Source: a virus (lineage: Duplodnaviria > Caudoviricetes). From it: a stretch of DNA of 64,000 nucleotides. Location: IMG/VR virus record IMGVR_UViG_2773857766_000003, positions 14,219-78,218 of that record; one strand, 5' to 3'. Position 1 is the first letter of the stretch. Each line of letters opens with the position of its first letter. Of this stretch, positions 8,183-18,494 are shown one piece after another. The position numbers were made by a program, and so were the translations under genes. The notes below the pieces were generated by a model. The model saw only the letters and a program-made list of their open reading frames with translations, ran no database searches and was not told the DNA's origin.

Positions 8183-11100
8183 TCACCGGCCGCGTTGCTC
8201 GGCCAGCACATCCTCCACGGCCTTGTTGAGCAGGTACATGCTGCGCTCGATTTCGGCATTCACCTCCTTCACGAGCTCGCGCTTGTTCGGGTCGCTGCCG
8301 GCCTGGATCTGCCGCCGCATCTTCACCAGGTCGGACACGCGCTTATCCAGCGCGCTGGCCGCCCCGTCCACGCGGGCCAGCGGCACGTCCAGCAGCACGG
8401 CCTCGGCCTCCTCACCTCTCGCCACGCGCCCCCTGGCCTCGGCCATGCTGGTGTTCACCCGCTTCAGGTTCTCGTAGTAGGACGTGCTCTGGCCGTTCAC
8501 GCCGCGGGTGTTGCCGTAAAACCGCCCCGCCAGGGTGATCTGATGCGGCGCCAGTTCCTCGCCCGTCACGGCGGCCGTCACCATGTTGCCGGCCTTGGTC
8601 AGCTCGCGGCCCACGCCTCCGGTGAACTGCCCGAACAGGTACTCCAGCGCGTCCGGGTTGGGGCTCCACTTCCCGGGCTGCCATTCGTTGCCGCCGGTGG
8701 CATCGTTGATGAGCCGGGCCACCCACCGCGCGGGAGGCGTCACCGAATCCTTGCCCATGGCGTGCCCGGGCTTCGGATCGAGCCCGCTGCGCTGCTCCTT
8801 GTAGATCTGCCGGCCGGTCCAGTCCTTGTTCTCCATCAGCGCCACCACCGGATCGAAGGGCGTGGGCGCCAGCATCTGCATGATGTTGTCGGCCCCGCCG
8901 AGCGGGTTATAGGCGTTCAGGGCGATCATGGCCATGTCCGCCAGGTGACCGGCGCGGCTCTTCGTCGGATCGTCATGCATGCCGAACTCCACCAGCTTGC
9001 GGCCGATGTTCGGGAAGACGTGGAACCCCAGCGGCATGGGGATCGCCACGTAGTCCTGACGCGACAGCGGGATGATGATGCTGCGCTCCTTCACGAAGTC
9101 GGGGATCTTCTTCCACTCGTCGTCGGCTCCGCCGCCGCCCATGATGAGCGCGCCCGCCAGCCCCGACAGCATGCCCAGGGCGACCCCGCCGGCCATGACC
9201 TTCCGCCCGGCGGGCCCGGCCAGGGTTTCCAGCATGCGCACGTTGCCCTGGATGGCGGCGTTCAGGAACGCGTAGTAGCTGCCCACCACGGACGTGTTCC
9301 GCCCTTTCCGGTTGAAGTTCACCGTGATGTTCTTGGCAAGGCTGGCCGCGGCCTCGCGCGACTGGCCGGCGTCCAGCGCAGCCTTGTAAGTCGCCAGGCG
9401 CGTGGAGGCCTCCAGCGTCTCATTGAAGTCGGACAGCCACTCCCCCACGCCGCGCACCATGGCCTTCGCGCCACCCTCGCCCTGCCGCTCGAGCGCCTTG
9501 CGCAGGGCCGCCGCGCGGTCCTCGGGCTTGGTGTAGAGGTCGCGATAGCCAGTAGTGCCGCCGTCCAGCTGCAGCTGCTCCCAGAGCCGGGCCCACGGCC
9601 CCTGCCCCGCCCCACTTTCGCGGCGCTCTCGCCGGAGATCCCGGTAGATGTCAAGCATGTTGCTGCGGATGTTCTTGAACACCTCGCGCTGCCGGCCCGC
9701 CAACGGGGTGGACGACAGCTGCAGCAGCGAACCCTGCACGTCGCGCGCCAGGTTAAGCACGCCGAAAATCGGGTTGTACTGGGTGTTTACCGCCGCGAAC
9801 CATCGCGTGAGGTGCCCCATCGTGCGGGTAAAGCGGTCCAGTTCCGTGGCGTCCAGGTTCTTCATGGCGAGCGCCAGGCGGGCCGCCCGCTCGTTGCGCT
9901 CGTTGAAGATGATGTGCTTGTCCTTGCCCCCGATGCGCAGCGTCAGCACGTTGTCGCGCAGGCGCGCCCCGATGTCCGGCATGGTGCGCACCAGCCCCGT
10001 ATCCGGGTCGATGGCCTTTTTCTTGGGCAGCTCCAGGGACCACAGGCTCTCGTCGGGGTTCTGCGCCGCGAGCACGTAGAGGCGCTTCATCACGTTGTTC
10101 TTCTCGCCGCGGGTCAGCGCCGCCTCGCGCTGCATCACCAGGTGGCTCAGGATGTTCGTCACCTTCTCGTTGGAGCCGGTGCGCCGCTTCGATGCGTCGC
10201 CCTTCGTCGAAAAGCCCTGCCCGATCGGATGAGCCTTGCTGTCCGGCCGGGCCTCGTCGCGGTGCAGCGGGACGTAGTGCTGGTAGGTCTTGCGCCAGGC
10301 CTCGATCGACAGGCGATCCATCAGGCCGTACTGCTCGAGCGTCTGCAGCGTGATGTTGTTCATCCGATCCACCCGGGTGGCCAAGGCGTCCATCACCTTG
10401 CGCTGCTCCGGGCTGTAGCCCCCCATGACGTTCTTGGCCTCGGCGTCGCTCATGCCGGACAGGGACAGGCGGTCCTCCTCCGTGCCCTTGAACGCTTCGG
10501 CGCTGTTCCAGCGGTCAGCCTCGGCCATGGCGAGCCCCAGCGAACGCTGGATGCCGCTGATGACCGAGCCGGACGCCCGGGCGTGCTGCAACTGCCGGCG
10601 CAGGTCCGCCACGGTCTTGGCGGCGTCGGCGCGCTTCTGGTCCAGCTCCTGCTTACTCGGGTTGCGCTCGGCCAGCACGCGGTTCGCCTCCGGAGCGTGC
10701 CGCGCGTGCAGGAAGCGCTCGAATTCCTCCATGCCCACCTTCGCGTCGTTCATGGCGGCCAGCAGCGGCCGCACCTCGTCGCGCAGGAAGTTGGCCGTGC
10801 GCTTCGCCACGCGCTTGTGGTACAGCTCCTCGCCGCGGTAGGCGTCGTTCGTCTCGCTGACGGTGCCGTTCAGAGCCTTGATCTGGTCCTGGATGCGCTT
10901 CAGGTCGATGAACTTGTCCTGCCAGTTGTAGAGCCAGCTGTCCACCGCCTCGGGGCTGGTCAGCTGGCGCACGCGGTCCTGCAGGCGGGCCAGCAGCCCC
11001 TGCGCCGGCTGCGCTGCCTGTGCGGCACCGGCCGGCGCACGGCTGAACATTGCCGGGCCCGCCTGCTCCCCCTTGAACGCTTCCAGATCCTTTGCGTACA

Positions 11101-14100
11101 ATACGCGCTGGACGAGGTTCGGTAAGCTATAACTGGTGCCAATTGCTTGCATCAGTCCTCTGGCTTCCTTGCCTCGTTTTTCTTTGGCGAAGCGCAACGC
11201 TTCCCGCATCTCCGCCTCGGAGATTCCCGCGATGGCACCCTCGCCAGCGTACATTGCCCCCCCTTCCCTCACCATGTCCAGGATCGCGCGCGGCTGCTTC
11301 TCCGTGACGGTGGCCACCCAGTGGAAGCGCCCCTTCACCGAGCCCCGGTTGGGCTTGATGGCGATCACGAACGGCTGACCCTGCGGGTTGCTCATCGACG
11401 TGACGAAATTCAGGCTCGCGTCGCCGCGGCTGCCCTTGTTCCAAACCATGACCATGCGCGGGTTCGCCAGCTCGTCCAGGATCTGCTTCATCTGCGACGG
11501 CTTCACGCCATGGTTGTAGAGCGCGTCCATGGCGTGCACACCGGCGTGCGCGGGCAGATCCGGCAGCCCCAACATCTTCATCACCGCCGTGGACGATGGC
11601 AGCACCTCGTAGGTCTTCGTTTCGTCCAGCCCGCCACGGACGAACTGATCGACCAGCCCGGCCCACTTCGCCCGGGCCTGGGCCAGCGCGTCAGCTGGCA
11701 GGCTGAAGGCCAGGGCGGGCGCGCCGCCAGCGGCTGCCGGCGCTGCGTCTGCCTGGCGCCCGCGCTCGACCCAGCCCCGGGCCGGCAGGATGAAGTCCCG
11801 GACGATCTCGGCGTCCGTCATCCGCAAGTCGGCGAAGCCCGGGATGTGCGCCCGCGCCCAGCTGCGCACGGCGGCCACCGCGCGCTGCACGAAGCCCAGC
11901 TCCGGACGGGCCTGCGCCATCTCGGCCAGCACCTCCTCGGCCGCCTGCATCCGCTGGGCCCGGTCGCCGTAGTCCAGACCGTACTCCGCCGCCTTGCGTC
12001 GCACCTCGGCGGGCCGCGCCTGGACGAGCTGCTGCAGCACCGCATCGAGCCCCGAGCCGAACACCCCGGCGAGCCCGTGGTGGCCTAGCGCCTCATGCAT
12101 GAGCACGCGGGCCACGTCTTGGTCGCGCGGCAACTGCTCGGCCAGCAGGTACACCTTCCCGCCGAAGTAGAACCCCTCCGGCGAGCCCCCGGCGCCGCGG
12201 CTGCGCTGGCTCAGGTCGGCATCGCGCACCTGCTGCGGCACCTTCGGGTCGGCCATGTCGAACGCCACGACCACCTCGGGGCCGTTCGCCCACGCGGAGC
12301 GGATCGCAGCCGCGGCGGATTCCGTGCGGGCCACGGCCTGGGCCTTCGCCTCGTCGGGCACGGCCGGGGCCTCCTGCATCGTGCGCAGGAACGCGTCCAC
12401 GTCGAAGTCATCGGCCGGCCCGGGCGCGCCGCGATCCTGCTGCACGTCCGGCAGGCGCATTTCGTGGCCGCCCACCACCACGATGGCCTCGGCCGGCGAC
12501 ACGTCCATGTCGGCCTGCACGGGCCGTGCACGGCGTTCTGCCTCCGTGAGCCCCTGCCGTGCCTGCGTGGTGCGCGCTTCTACCTCACCGGCGAGGGAGC
12601 GGTAGATGTCGTAGGGCGATCCGAACTCGAACTTCCGTTCCAGGGCCTCGGCTACCCGGGCCCGGCCCTCCTGCTCTCGCAGGGGCTCCAGCGCGGCGCG
12701 CGCCTTGTCGGCGTGCCGGCGCAGCGCGCCGATCATCCCTTTCATCGTGCGCTCGTCGGCCTTGAACGCTGCCAGGTTCTCAGGCGCGATGGTGCTTCGC
12801 AGCCACTTCTGCGCATCGAAGGCCATGTCCCGGATGTAGGCGTTGCGCTTTGCGCCGCTCTTGGGCATCCCGTAGAACCGCCGCTGCAGCTCGACCGCCA
12901 CCGGGTCAAGCCAGTGCGTCGTGTTGTAGATCCACTGCATCTCGTTGCGGATGAGCCGGAACACGCCGCTGGGCTTGTCGCGCTCCGAGTAGGACAGCAG
13001 CCGCTCCATGGATTCGTACATGAGGGCATCGCGCACCACGGCGGCCGCCTTCTCAGCGTTCTCCATCAAGTCCGGGTGCTTCGCCTTCCACGCCTCCACC
13101 GCCCGCGCTTCGCCCTCGGCCATCTCGCGCAGGGTCTTGCGCACGCTGCTCGTGAAGTCGGCGTCCATGTTGCCGCCCAGCGCGAAGCCTTCACGGTACT
13201 GGATCGCGTGCTGGAGTTCATGCAGCAGCGTGGACAGCACCTCTCCTGGAGCGCGATCCGCGTTCAGCGTGACGGCCCGGTGGGTCTCGTCGTAGGAGCC
13301 GAACTCGCGGGCGTCTCGCCCCCTGCGGAAGTAAACCTTCAGCCCCCGCAGAAACGGATAGGCGGCGAACAGCGCCGGATGCCGCAGCACGTCGGTCAGC
13401 GCCTCCACCTGTCCATCCTTCACCTTCGCGATGTCGAACTCCACGCCGAAGCGGGCCCGCGCCACGCGGTCCACAAGGTTGGCCAGCGCCCCCTCTCGGG
13501 TGGTGCTGTAGGCCCGCAGCACGCCGTCGCCTTCGTCCAGCTGGGCGGTGTGCAGTTCGTCGTCCTGGGTGACGGTCGCCGCCTCGCGCACCTGGCGCTC
13601 CACCTCCACGAGATCCTCCGGCCGCGTCTCGGCCCGGCGGAATTCGGCGGTGTCATCGCTGATCTCGAAGCGCCAGCGGCCATCCACGCCGCGGTGCCAG
13701 CCGGTTTCCTGCTGGATGACGGCGCTGGACATGCCGCTGCGCGCCATGGCCTCGGCGCGCTCCAGCTCGCCCAGGTCGGCGCTGCGTGCGTTCCTGCCGG
13801 CGAAGCTGAAGCGGATGTCCGGGTTCGACGGGTCGAACGTGCCGATGTTTCCAGTGGCCGACTTGACCTGAGCCTGTGCCAGCACCGCGAGCGATGCCCC
13901 ACCGTTCGACTCGGCAAACCAGATCCCGTCGTACTGAACACCAGCACGGTCCAGCCACTTTCGCAGTTCCGGCTCCTGCTGCCAGACCGGCAGCGCTCCG
14001 CGCTCCGTCCCCGAGGTGGCCCACGATGCCGCGCCCGTCTCCTCGGCGTACTTGCGCCACAGCGCGAGGCCTTCCCCACGGGAAGCGTCGAAGGGCCGTT

Positions 14101-17100
14101 CAGCCTTGACGTACAGCGGATAGGTGGCACCGCCGGCCGCGTAGTGCTCGGCAAACGCAGGGTCTGGCGACAGGAAGATAAGGGCCCCGGGCCGGGACGG
14201 GGCCGCGTTCTCGTTGGGCGATCCGCGGTACATCACGAGCGGGCGGCCACCCGGCTTGCCGCTCTCCGTCACCTTGCTGTCCCCGAACCACTTCTTGAAC
14301 GCCTCGCTCTCGGGCGCGGCTGCGCGGCTGAACATGGGGCGCTGCCCGCTCAGGGCGTCGTCCGCATCCTCGCCCAGCTCGAAGTTCTCGGCGCTGGCCT
14401 CCATCCGGGCGGATACCTCGCGGCGCTCGCGCTCGGCGCGCGCGTCGGCATCAGCCTTCGCGTCGGCTTTCGCCCGGGCCTGGGCGGACTCCTGCTGCGC
14501 GTCCTCGCGCGCTGTGACTTCCCGTGGGGTGTAGCTGGAAAGTTCGAGGTCTGGCGCTACTGCGCCACGGCCGTCTTCTGCAGCTCCGCGATCGCCTTGC
14601 CCATCCGGCTGTCCGCGGGGATCTTGGGCATCTTGCCCTTCGCCGCGTCCGCCATCTTCATCAGGGCGCGGCCCTGCTCGATCTGGTTCCGGTCGCCGTG
14701 CTTGCTGCCCTGGCTCATCAGCACCGCGGCCAGCAGGGTCGCGGCCAGGGGCTCCTCGCTCGCCTTGCGGGGCTGCGGGTGCGGATTGTCCGGAAGGTTG
14801 GGGGCTTGCTGCATTGGTGGTCTGGGTGGTTGGTTGGCCGCTCAACGCGGAAAGGATGGCGTCAGGGCCGACCTGCTCGCCGAACATATCACCGCCCGCG
14901 CGCGTCGCCAAGGCCGCGGCCATGTATTCGCGCAGGGAGTCGGCCAGCCGGTCCCGGCCCACGGCCCGCGTCAGGTACTGGCCGGAATAGAGCATGCGCA
15001 GCACGCCCACGGTCATGGGGTCGGGCACGTCGCCCGTCACCATGTCCACCTGGTTGATCGCGTCGTAGAGGGATGCGCGCTCGCGCCGCGCCTTCTGCAC
15101 CAGCCGGATGGCCTGAAGCAGGTTGCCCGTCACGTCCACCTGTGGGTTCACGGCGCCAGCGGCAGCCGCCTGGCGCAGATTCGCCCACTCGCCCGCCACG
15201 TCCTTCAGTGCCTCGCCGATGGCGCGGATGTCGTTGTCCGTGCTGCCGAACATGGATTCGACCAGATCGCCATCGCTGTAGGCCCTGTGCACGAGGGCAG
15301 CCTGCAGCCGCACCACGCCTGCGGGCGAGAGCGCGCCGCCGGCATCGAGCATGCCGGCCACGTCCTGGCCCTCGGCCTGCAGCTTGCCGACGAACGCCCG
15401 TGCGAAATCGCGGTTCGCGGCGCCGGCCAGGTCGCCCGCCTCGAGCACGTCGAGCACGCCGGTATCCAGCAGCGCGGCGTCCGTGGCGGCCTGCTCGGCG
15501 GCCGACAGCCCCAGGGCCTGGCTCTGGCTCTTGGCGCCCATGTTGGCCTGGTTGTCGCGCTCCGAGTAGAGGCGCACCAGCATGGGCGCGCGCATGCCGG
15601 CGATCACCTGCGGGTCGATGCCGTGCATGGCGCTGTCGGCCATCAGCTCCTGCCGGTAGCTGTCGGCCGTGCCGCGCTCGTATGCCGCGCGCAGCCCCGC
15701 GGTGCGCCCGTTGTTCAGCGCCTTCACCGTTCCCGGGTGTGCAGCGTCGAAGAGCGGGTTCACCCCGCCGTCGGCGAAGTTGGACGGCTGCACGTCGCCG
15801 GCTTCCATGACCGCGTACTGGAACGGCACGCGCTGGCCGTCGCTCATCACCGCCGTGTCGCCCCGGCCGATCGCGTGCGCGGCGTGCACCTGGTCGCCCA
15901 CGGCGAACACCATGGGCGCACCCGTCTCGGGGCTGCGCGACGGACCCAGGCGCATGTAGTCGGGGCTCTGGGCCATGCCCTGCATCTGCACCACGCTGGC
16001 GGGTCGGGCCCGGTCGCGGTTCTGGATCTCGGGGGTAGCCGCGCCCACGGCGCCAGTGCCCTCGGGGTTCGTGCCGGCGCGCTTCGTCTTCACGGCGGCC
16101 CACTCGTTCTGCAGGCGATCCCACGCGGGCGAGCCCCGGCGCAGCCGCGCCACGTTCTCGCCGCGTTCGGCCACGAACTGCGGCCAGGTCTTGGCGCGAA
16201 CTGCGCCAGGATCGAAGGCGTCCACCGCCGGCGCGGCGGCAGTCGATCGGGCACTTTCGGCAGCAGGCGCATACCCCGACCGGTCCCGGCTGCGCGCACG
16301 CGGCGCCCCGCGTTCCTGGATGAGCGCTTCCATGCTGCTGTTGTCCGCGCCCCAGTCCTCGGCCCGCTCCACGGGCTTGGGCAGGGGCGAGCGCTCGCGA
16401 GCCCCGCGAAAGCCGAAGTAGGCGTCCGCCACGCGGCGCACGGCCTGGCGCTCGCCGTCATCCAGCCCCGGCTCGCCGATCTTCTCCAGCGCGCCATCGA
16501 GCCGGCCCACGATCTGCACCGTGTTGCCCACGTCCTCGTCCAGCAGGTTCTGCAGGGCGTCGCGGATGCGCCGGGTGCGCAGCTGGGCGTCCACGCGGTG
16601 GATCGCCTCGCCGTCGATCTGCGCGGGCGCCGCCGCGGGCTGTTGCGTCTCGGTCGCCACGTTCAGCTCGAGCCAGGCGTCTTCCAACTGATCGCGCAGC
16701 TGCTGCACGTCGCCGGCCTGGGTGTAGGCCGAGCCAGCGCGCACGCGGTCCTGCAGCTCGCCCAGCGGGTCGGCTACCGGGCGGCGGTAGGCGCGCTCGA
16801 ATTCCTGGCGTTCCTGTGGGGTCAGCCGATCCGGGGCGGTCGGAGCCGCAGCAGCGCCCGGCGCAGCACCAGCAGCCTCGGCCGGCGCGGCCTGCGCAGT
16901 GGCCACCAGCTCGGCGGCCTCGCGCTCCACGAAACGTTGCACATGGGCCGGCATACCGCCGCCCTCCAGTCGGGCCAGCAGCTCCACCGCGTTGCGCCGC
17001 GTGTCGCCGCTCGATCGCTGGGCTACAGCCCGCAGCTCCTGCTGCAGCTGGCTGCCATCCTGGGAAGCTCCCGCTGCGCTGGCATCTCCGGGCTGGGCTG

Positions 17101-18388
17101 CTTCCGCCGCGGGCGCAGCTTCGGGCCGCGGTGCCGCAGCACCGGCCGCTTCCTCGGGCGTCTCGCCGATGGCCTCCAGCTCCTCCTCTCGCGCGGCGGC
17201 ACGCTCCACGCGCTCGGCCAGCACCGCCCGTTCGACCTTCTGCTCTTCGCTCAGGCCCACGCTGCCGTCGATGACCTCCAGCTCCGCCAGCCGCGTGACA
17301 GCCGCGGCCGTGTCGGCAGCGTCAGCCGCCGGGCCCGAGCGGCGCGCCGGCTGGTCCGGCAGCGAGTCGGGGAGCATGTCTTCCGCAGGCGTGCCCGCCT
17401 CTGCTGGTGGCGTGCCCTCTTCCGTCTTCGCAGCGGCGGCATCACCGCGGCGCAGCGCGGTCATAGCGCCCGACACGCCCGCGCCCGGCGCCGAACCGAT
17501 GGCCGTTTCCACGGCTGTGCGGCCTACGTTCCGGGATAGCGGCCGCTGGTCGATGTCGCTGGCCTGGTAGTTCGTCGCGACCTGGGGCAGCACCTCCTCC
17601 GCCTGCTCGCCCAGCAACTCCGCCGCCACCGAGCGCGCCCCGGCCGCCAGCCCGCCACGGGCGCCGCCGCCGCCCACCACGGCGTGCTCAAGCCCGATCT
17701 TCCCGGACAGGAAGCCGGTGGCCGCGCCAACGGCGGCCGGAATGCGCGAGCGCTCAAGCGCCATGCGCTCCGCCTCCTCGCGGCTATGGCCCTTCTTCAC
17801 GAGCGCGTCGCGGATGTCCTCGAAGGCCTCGCCCCGGGCTCCACCAGCATTGAGCACGGCATTGGTCACGCCCGCCGCCGTGGTGGCCGTGCCCGCCGCG
17901 ACGGCCGCGCTGGCGCCGCCCGCGAGACGCGCGACCTGCGCCGCCTTGGCCGCGGCCACGCCCGGGAGCATGCTGGGCAGGTTGGTGGTGACGAACCGCG
18001 CCGCCAGCGCCGGATCGCTGCTGTAGGCCTTCGCGGCGGCCACGGCCTGGTCCACGATGGAATCCTGGTTCGCCTGCGCGATCTGGGCGTCCGCGTCGGC
18101 GACCTTGCGGCGCAGGGCCTCGCTCTGCTCCCCGCGCCAGTGGTCGGCATTGTCCCGGAAGAAGGACGCAACCCCGGACTGCGGCGCGAACAGGTTGGGC
18201 ACAGCCCCGGCGATGTTGTTCACGCCCTCGGCCAGCTGCACCACGGTATCGGTCGCTGCCTCGCCCCAGGTGCGCTCTGCGGGCTTCTTGGGCTGGGGCC
18301 TGAAGCCGGCCATCTCGAAAAGGTCGGAGCCGCCGCCGGCCGCAGCATCGCCATCACCTCGCGCCATCGCGAGCAAATCCTGGGACAT
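8183..18388 (-). CDS. Large polyvalent / DarB-DdrB-like injected protein, 3401 aa
   Basis: QNRDR (DdrB/ParB-like), FKKWFGDSKV..MYRG (ART-like), TGWHRGVDGRWRFEISD (LPD23-like), two HExxH-type motifs, C-terminal LPD38-like region; start at MSQDLL after a GAGG RBS. Confidence 0.9.
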   Translation of the reverse strand: MSQDLLAMARGDGDAAAGGGSDLFEMAGFRPQPKKPAERTWGEAATDTVVQLAEGVNNIAGAVPNLFAPQSGVASFFRDNADHWRGEQSEALRRKVADADAQIAQANQDSIVDQAVAAAKAYSSDPALAARFVTTNLPSMLPGVAAAKAAQVARLAGGASAAVAAGTATTAAGVTNAVLNAGGARGEAFEDIRDALVKKGHSREEAERMALERSRIPAAVGAATGFLSGKIGLEHAVVGGGGARGGLAAGARSVAAELLGEQAEEVLPQVATNYQASDIDQRPLSRNVGRTAVETAIGSAPGAGVSGAMTALRRGDAAAAKTEEGTPPAEAGTPAEDMLPDSLPDQPARRSGPAADAADTAAAVTRLAELEVIDGSVGLSEEQKVERAVLAERVERAAAREEELEAIGETPEEAAGAAAPRPEAAPAAEAAQPGDASAAGASQDGSQLQQELRAVAQRSSGDTRRNAVELLARLEGGGMPAHVQRFVEREAAELVATAQAAPAEAAGAAPGAAAAPTAPDRLTPQERQEFERAYRRPVADPLGELQDRVRAGSAYTQAGDVQQLRDQLEDAWLELNVATETQQPAAAPAQIDGEAIHRVDAQLRTRRIRDALQNLLDEDVGNTVQIVGRLDGALEKIGEPGLDDGERQAVRRVADAYFGFRGARERSPLPKPVERAEDWGADNSSMEALIQERGAPRARSRDRSGYAPAAESARSTAAAPAVDAFDPGAVRAKTWPQFVAERGENVARLRRGSPAWDRLQNEWAAVKTKRAGTNPEGTGAVGAATPEIQNRDRARPASVVQMQGMAQSPDYMRLGPSRSPETGAPMVFAVGDQVHAAHAIGRGDTAVMSDGQRVPFQYAVMEAGDVQPSNFADGGVNPLFDAAHPGTVKALNNGRTAGLRAAYERGTADSYRQELMADSAMHGIDPQVIAGMRAPMLVRLYSERDNQANMGAKSQSQALGLSAAEQAATDAALLDTGVLDVLEAGDLAGAANRDFARAFVGKLQAEGQDVAGMLDAGGALSPAGVVRLQAALVHRAYSDGDLVESMFGSTDNDIRAIGEALKDVAGEWANLRQAAAAGAVNPQVDVTGNLLQAIRLVQKARRERASLYDAINQVDMVTGDVPDPMTVGVLRMLYSGQYLTRAVGRDRLADSLREYMAAALATRAGGDMFGEQVGPDAILSALSGQPTTQTTNAASPQPSGQSAPAAPQGERGAPGRDPAGRGADEPGQQARRPEPDRAGPRPDEDGGRGEGQDAQDPRGQPDGQGDRGAAEDGRGAVAPDLELSSYTPREVTAREDAQQESAQARAKADAKADADARAERERREVSARMEASAENFELGEDADDALSGQRPMFSRAAAPESEAFKKWFGDSKVTESGKPGGRPLVMYRGSPNENAAPSRPGALIFLSPDPAFAEHYAAGGATYPLYVKAERPFDASRGEGLALWRKYAEETGAASWATSGTERGALPVWQQEPELRKWLDRAGVQYDGIWFAESNGGASLAVLAQAQVKSATGNIGTFDPSNPDIRFSFAGRNARSADLGELERAEAMARSGMSSAVIQQETGWHRGVDGRWRFEISDDTAEFRRAETRPEDLVEVERQVREAATVTQDDELHTAQLDEGDGVLRAYSTTREGALANLVDRVARARFGVEFDIAKVKDGQVEALTDVLRHPALFAAYPFLRGLKVYFRRGRDAREFGSYDETHRAVTLNADRAPGEVLSTLLHELQHAIQYREGFALGGNMDADFTSSVRKTLREMAEGEARAVEAWKAKHPDLMENAEKAAAVVRDALMYESMERLLSYSERDKPSGVFRLIRNEMQWIYNTTHWLDPVAVELQRRFYGMPKSGAKRNAYIRDMAFDAQKWLRSTIAPENLAAFKADERTMKGMIGALRRHADKARAALEPLREQEGRARVAEALERKFEFGSPYDIYRSLAGEVEARTTQARQGLTEAERRARPVQADMDVSPAEAIVVVGGHEMRLPDVQQDRGAPGPADDFDVDAFLRTMQEAPAVPDEAKAQAVARTESAAAAIRSAWANGPEVVVAFDMADPKVPQQVRDADLSQRSRGAGGSPEGFYFGGKVYLLAEQLPRDQDVARVLMHEALGHHGLAGVFGSGLDAVLQQLVQARPAEVRRKAAEYGLDYGDRAQRMQAAEEVLAEMAQARPELGFVQRAVAAVRSWARAHIPGFADLRMTDAEIVRDFILPARGWVERGRQADAAPAAAGGAPALAFSLPADALAQARAKWAGLVDQFVRGGLDETKTYEVLPSSTAVMKMLGLPDLPAHAGVHAMDALYNHGVKPSQMKQILDELANPRMVMVWNKGSRGDASLNFVTSMSNPQGQPFVIAIKPNRGSVKGRFHWVATVTEKQPRAILDMVREGGAMYAGEGAIAGISEAEMREALRFAKEKRGKEARGLMQAIGTSYSLPNLVQRVLYAKDLEAFKGEQAGPAMFSRAPAGAAQAAQPAQGLLARLQDRVRQLTSPEAVDSWLYNWQDKFIDLKRIQDQIKALNGTVSETNDAYRGEELYHKRVAKRTANFLRDEVRPLLAAMNDAKVGMEEFERFLHARHAPEANRVLAERNPSKQELDQKRADAAKTVADLRRQLQHARASGSVISGIQRSLGLAMAEADRWNSAEAFKGTEEDRLSLSGMSDAEAKNVMGGYSPEQRKVMDALATRVDRMNNITLQTLEQYGLMDRLSIEAWRKTYQHYVPLHRDEARPDSKAHPIGQGFSTKGDASKRRTGSNEKVTNILSHLVMQREAALTRGEKNNVMKRLYVLAAQNPDESLWSLELPKKKAIDPDTGLVRTMPDIGARLRDNVLTLRIGGKDKHIIFNERNERAARLALAMKNLDATELDRFTRTMGHLTRWFAAVNTQYNPIFGVLNLARDVQGSLLQLSSTPLAGRQREVFKNIRSNMLDIYRDLRRERRESGAGQGPWARLWEQLQLDGGTTGYRDLYTKPEDRAAALRKALERQGEGGAKAMVRGVGEWLSDFNETLEASTRLATYKAALDAGQSREAAASLAKNITVNFNRKGRNTSVVGSYYAFLNAAIQGNVRMLETLAGPAGRKVMAGGVALGMLSGLAGALIMGGGGADDEWKKIPDFVKERSIIIPLSRQDYVAIPMPLGFHVFPNIGRKLVEFGMHDDPTKSRAGHLADMAMIALNAYNPLGGADNIMQMLAPTPFDPVVALMENKDWTGRQIYKEQRSGLDPKPGHAMGKDSVTPPARWVARLINDATGGNEWQPGKWSPNPDALEYLFGQFTGGVGRELTKAGNMVTAAVTGEELAPHQITLAGRFYGNTRGVNGQSTSYYENLKRVNTSMAEARGRVARGEEAEAVLLDVPLARVDGAASALDKRVSDLVKMRRQIQAGSDPNKRELVKEVNAEIERSMYLLNKAVEDVLAEQRGR

Positions 18389-18419
18389 AGACACACCTCT
18401 GAAGTGAACCCTGGAAGGC

Positions 18420-18434
18420 TGGCAGGCTTGGCAC
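18420..18434 (-). promoter_or_regulatory. Late-gene motif copy 1 (GTGCCAAGCCTGCCA)
   Basis: One of 8 copies, upstream of the giant gene. Confidence 0.8.
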
Positions 18435-18494
18435 GCAGCCCGTCGATAGGGGTCTGATACAGTTCCCGCGCACGAAAACTCAGGGGGAAGCAAG

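Noticed and set aside
7991-17539. Very long plus-strand ORFs (1044 aa and 1814 aa), and similar ones opposite other genes
   Set aside because: Antisense shadows of GC-rich coding sequence; no RBS or recognisable motifs.
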